From the NCBI GenBank assembly GCA_023920165.1, contig CP089279.1, positions 1,674,001 to 1,738,000 on the forward strand: a DNA stretch of 64,000 bases, read 5' to 3'. This DNA comes from Curvularia clavata. Lineage: Eukaryota. Below, piece by piece: positions 63,874-64,000 of this stretch (its first letter is position 1; every line of letters starts with the position of its first letter). The notes under the pieces are model-generated. The model was not told where the DNA came from. It was given only the letters and a program-made list of their open reading frames with translations, and did no database searches. Position numbers and translations under genes: made by a program.

Positions 63874-64000
63874 ACCCAAGCTGTTCGAATGACATTAACT
63901 TGAAGCACATATTCCGCAATATCTCCAGGCGGATATCTAGCTCTTATAAAAGGGTATCATATTTGTGCTCTGGGATACAAAAGGTCAGTAGCTCCAGCAG

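Overview
Intron-rich eukaryotic DNA from a filamentous ascomycete. GT-AG introns with CTRAC/CTAAC branch points and the gene content fit Pezizomycotina, probably Dothideomycetes; the class is an inference. I can support 18 protein-coding genes, in order: HMG-box transcription factor (5'-truncated), HSL-family lipase, Fsy1-like sugar porter, small membrane protein, DASH subunit Hsk3, GATA factor AreA/NIT2, DJ-1/PfpI protein, a lone cytochrome P450, KRE6/SKN1, a NuiA-like protein, corepressor Ssn6/Cyc8, SAGA subunit Sgf11, Pop1, a J-like protein, Cox12, an NDUFA4/B12D-family protein, a PPIE-like RRM protein and Sec31; Mrp49-like and Snu66/SART-1 follow, making 20 in total. I found no tRNA, rRNA, CRISPR array, intact transposon or secondary-metabolite backbone gene. 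The strongest leads are: (1) a eukaryotic NuiA-like nuclease-inhibitor homologue with an in-frame, presequence-like N-terminal extension; (2) an apparently degenerate thymidylate-kinase-like domain fused to the HMG-box factor; (3) two 3-nt micro-exons in mitochondrial genes; (4) a head-to-head COX12/NDUFA4-like pair; (5) the AreA C-terminal repression motif on its own 24-nt exon; (6) about 10.8 kb with no recognisable gene upstream of SSN6. All family assignments are by eye from remembered motifs; no database search was run.
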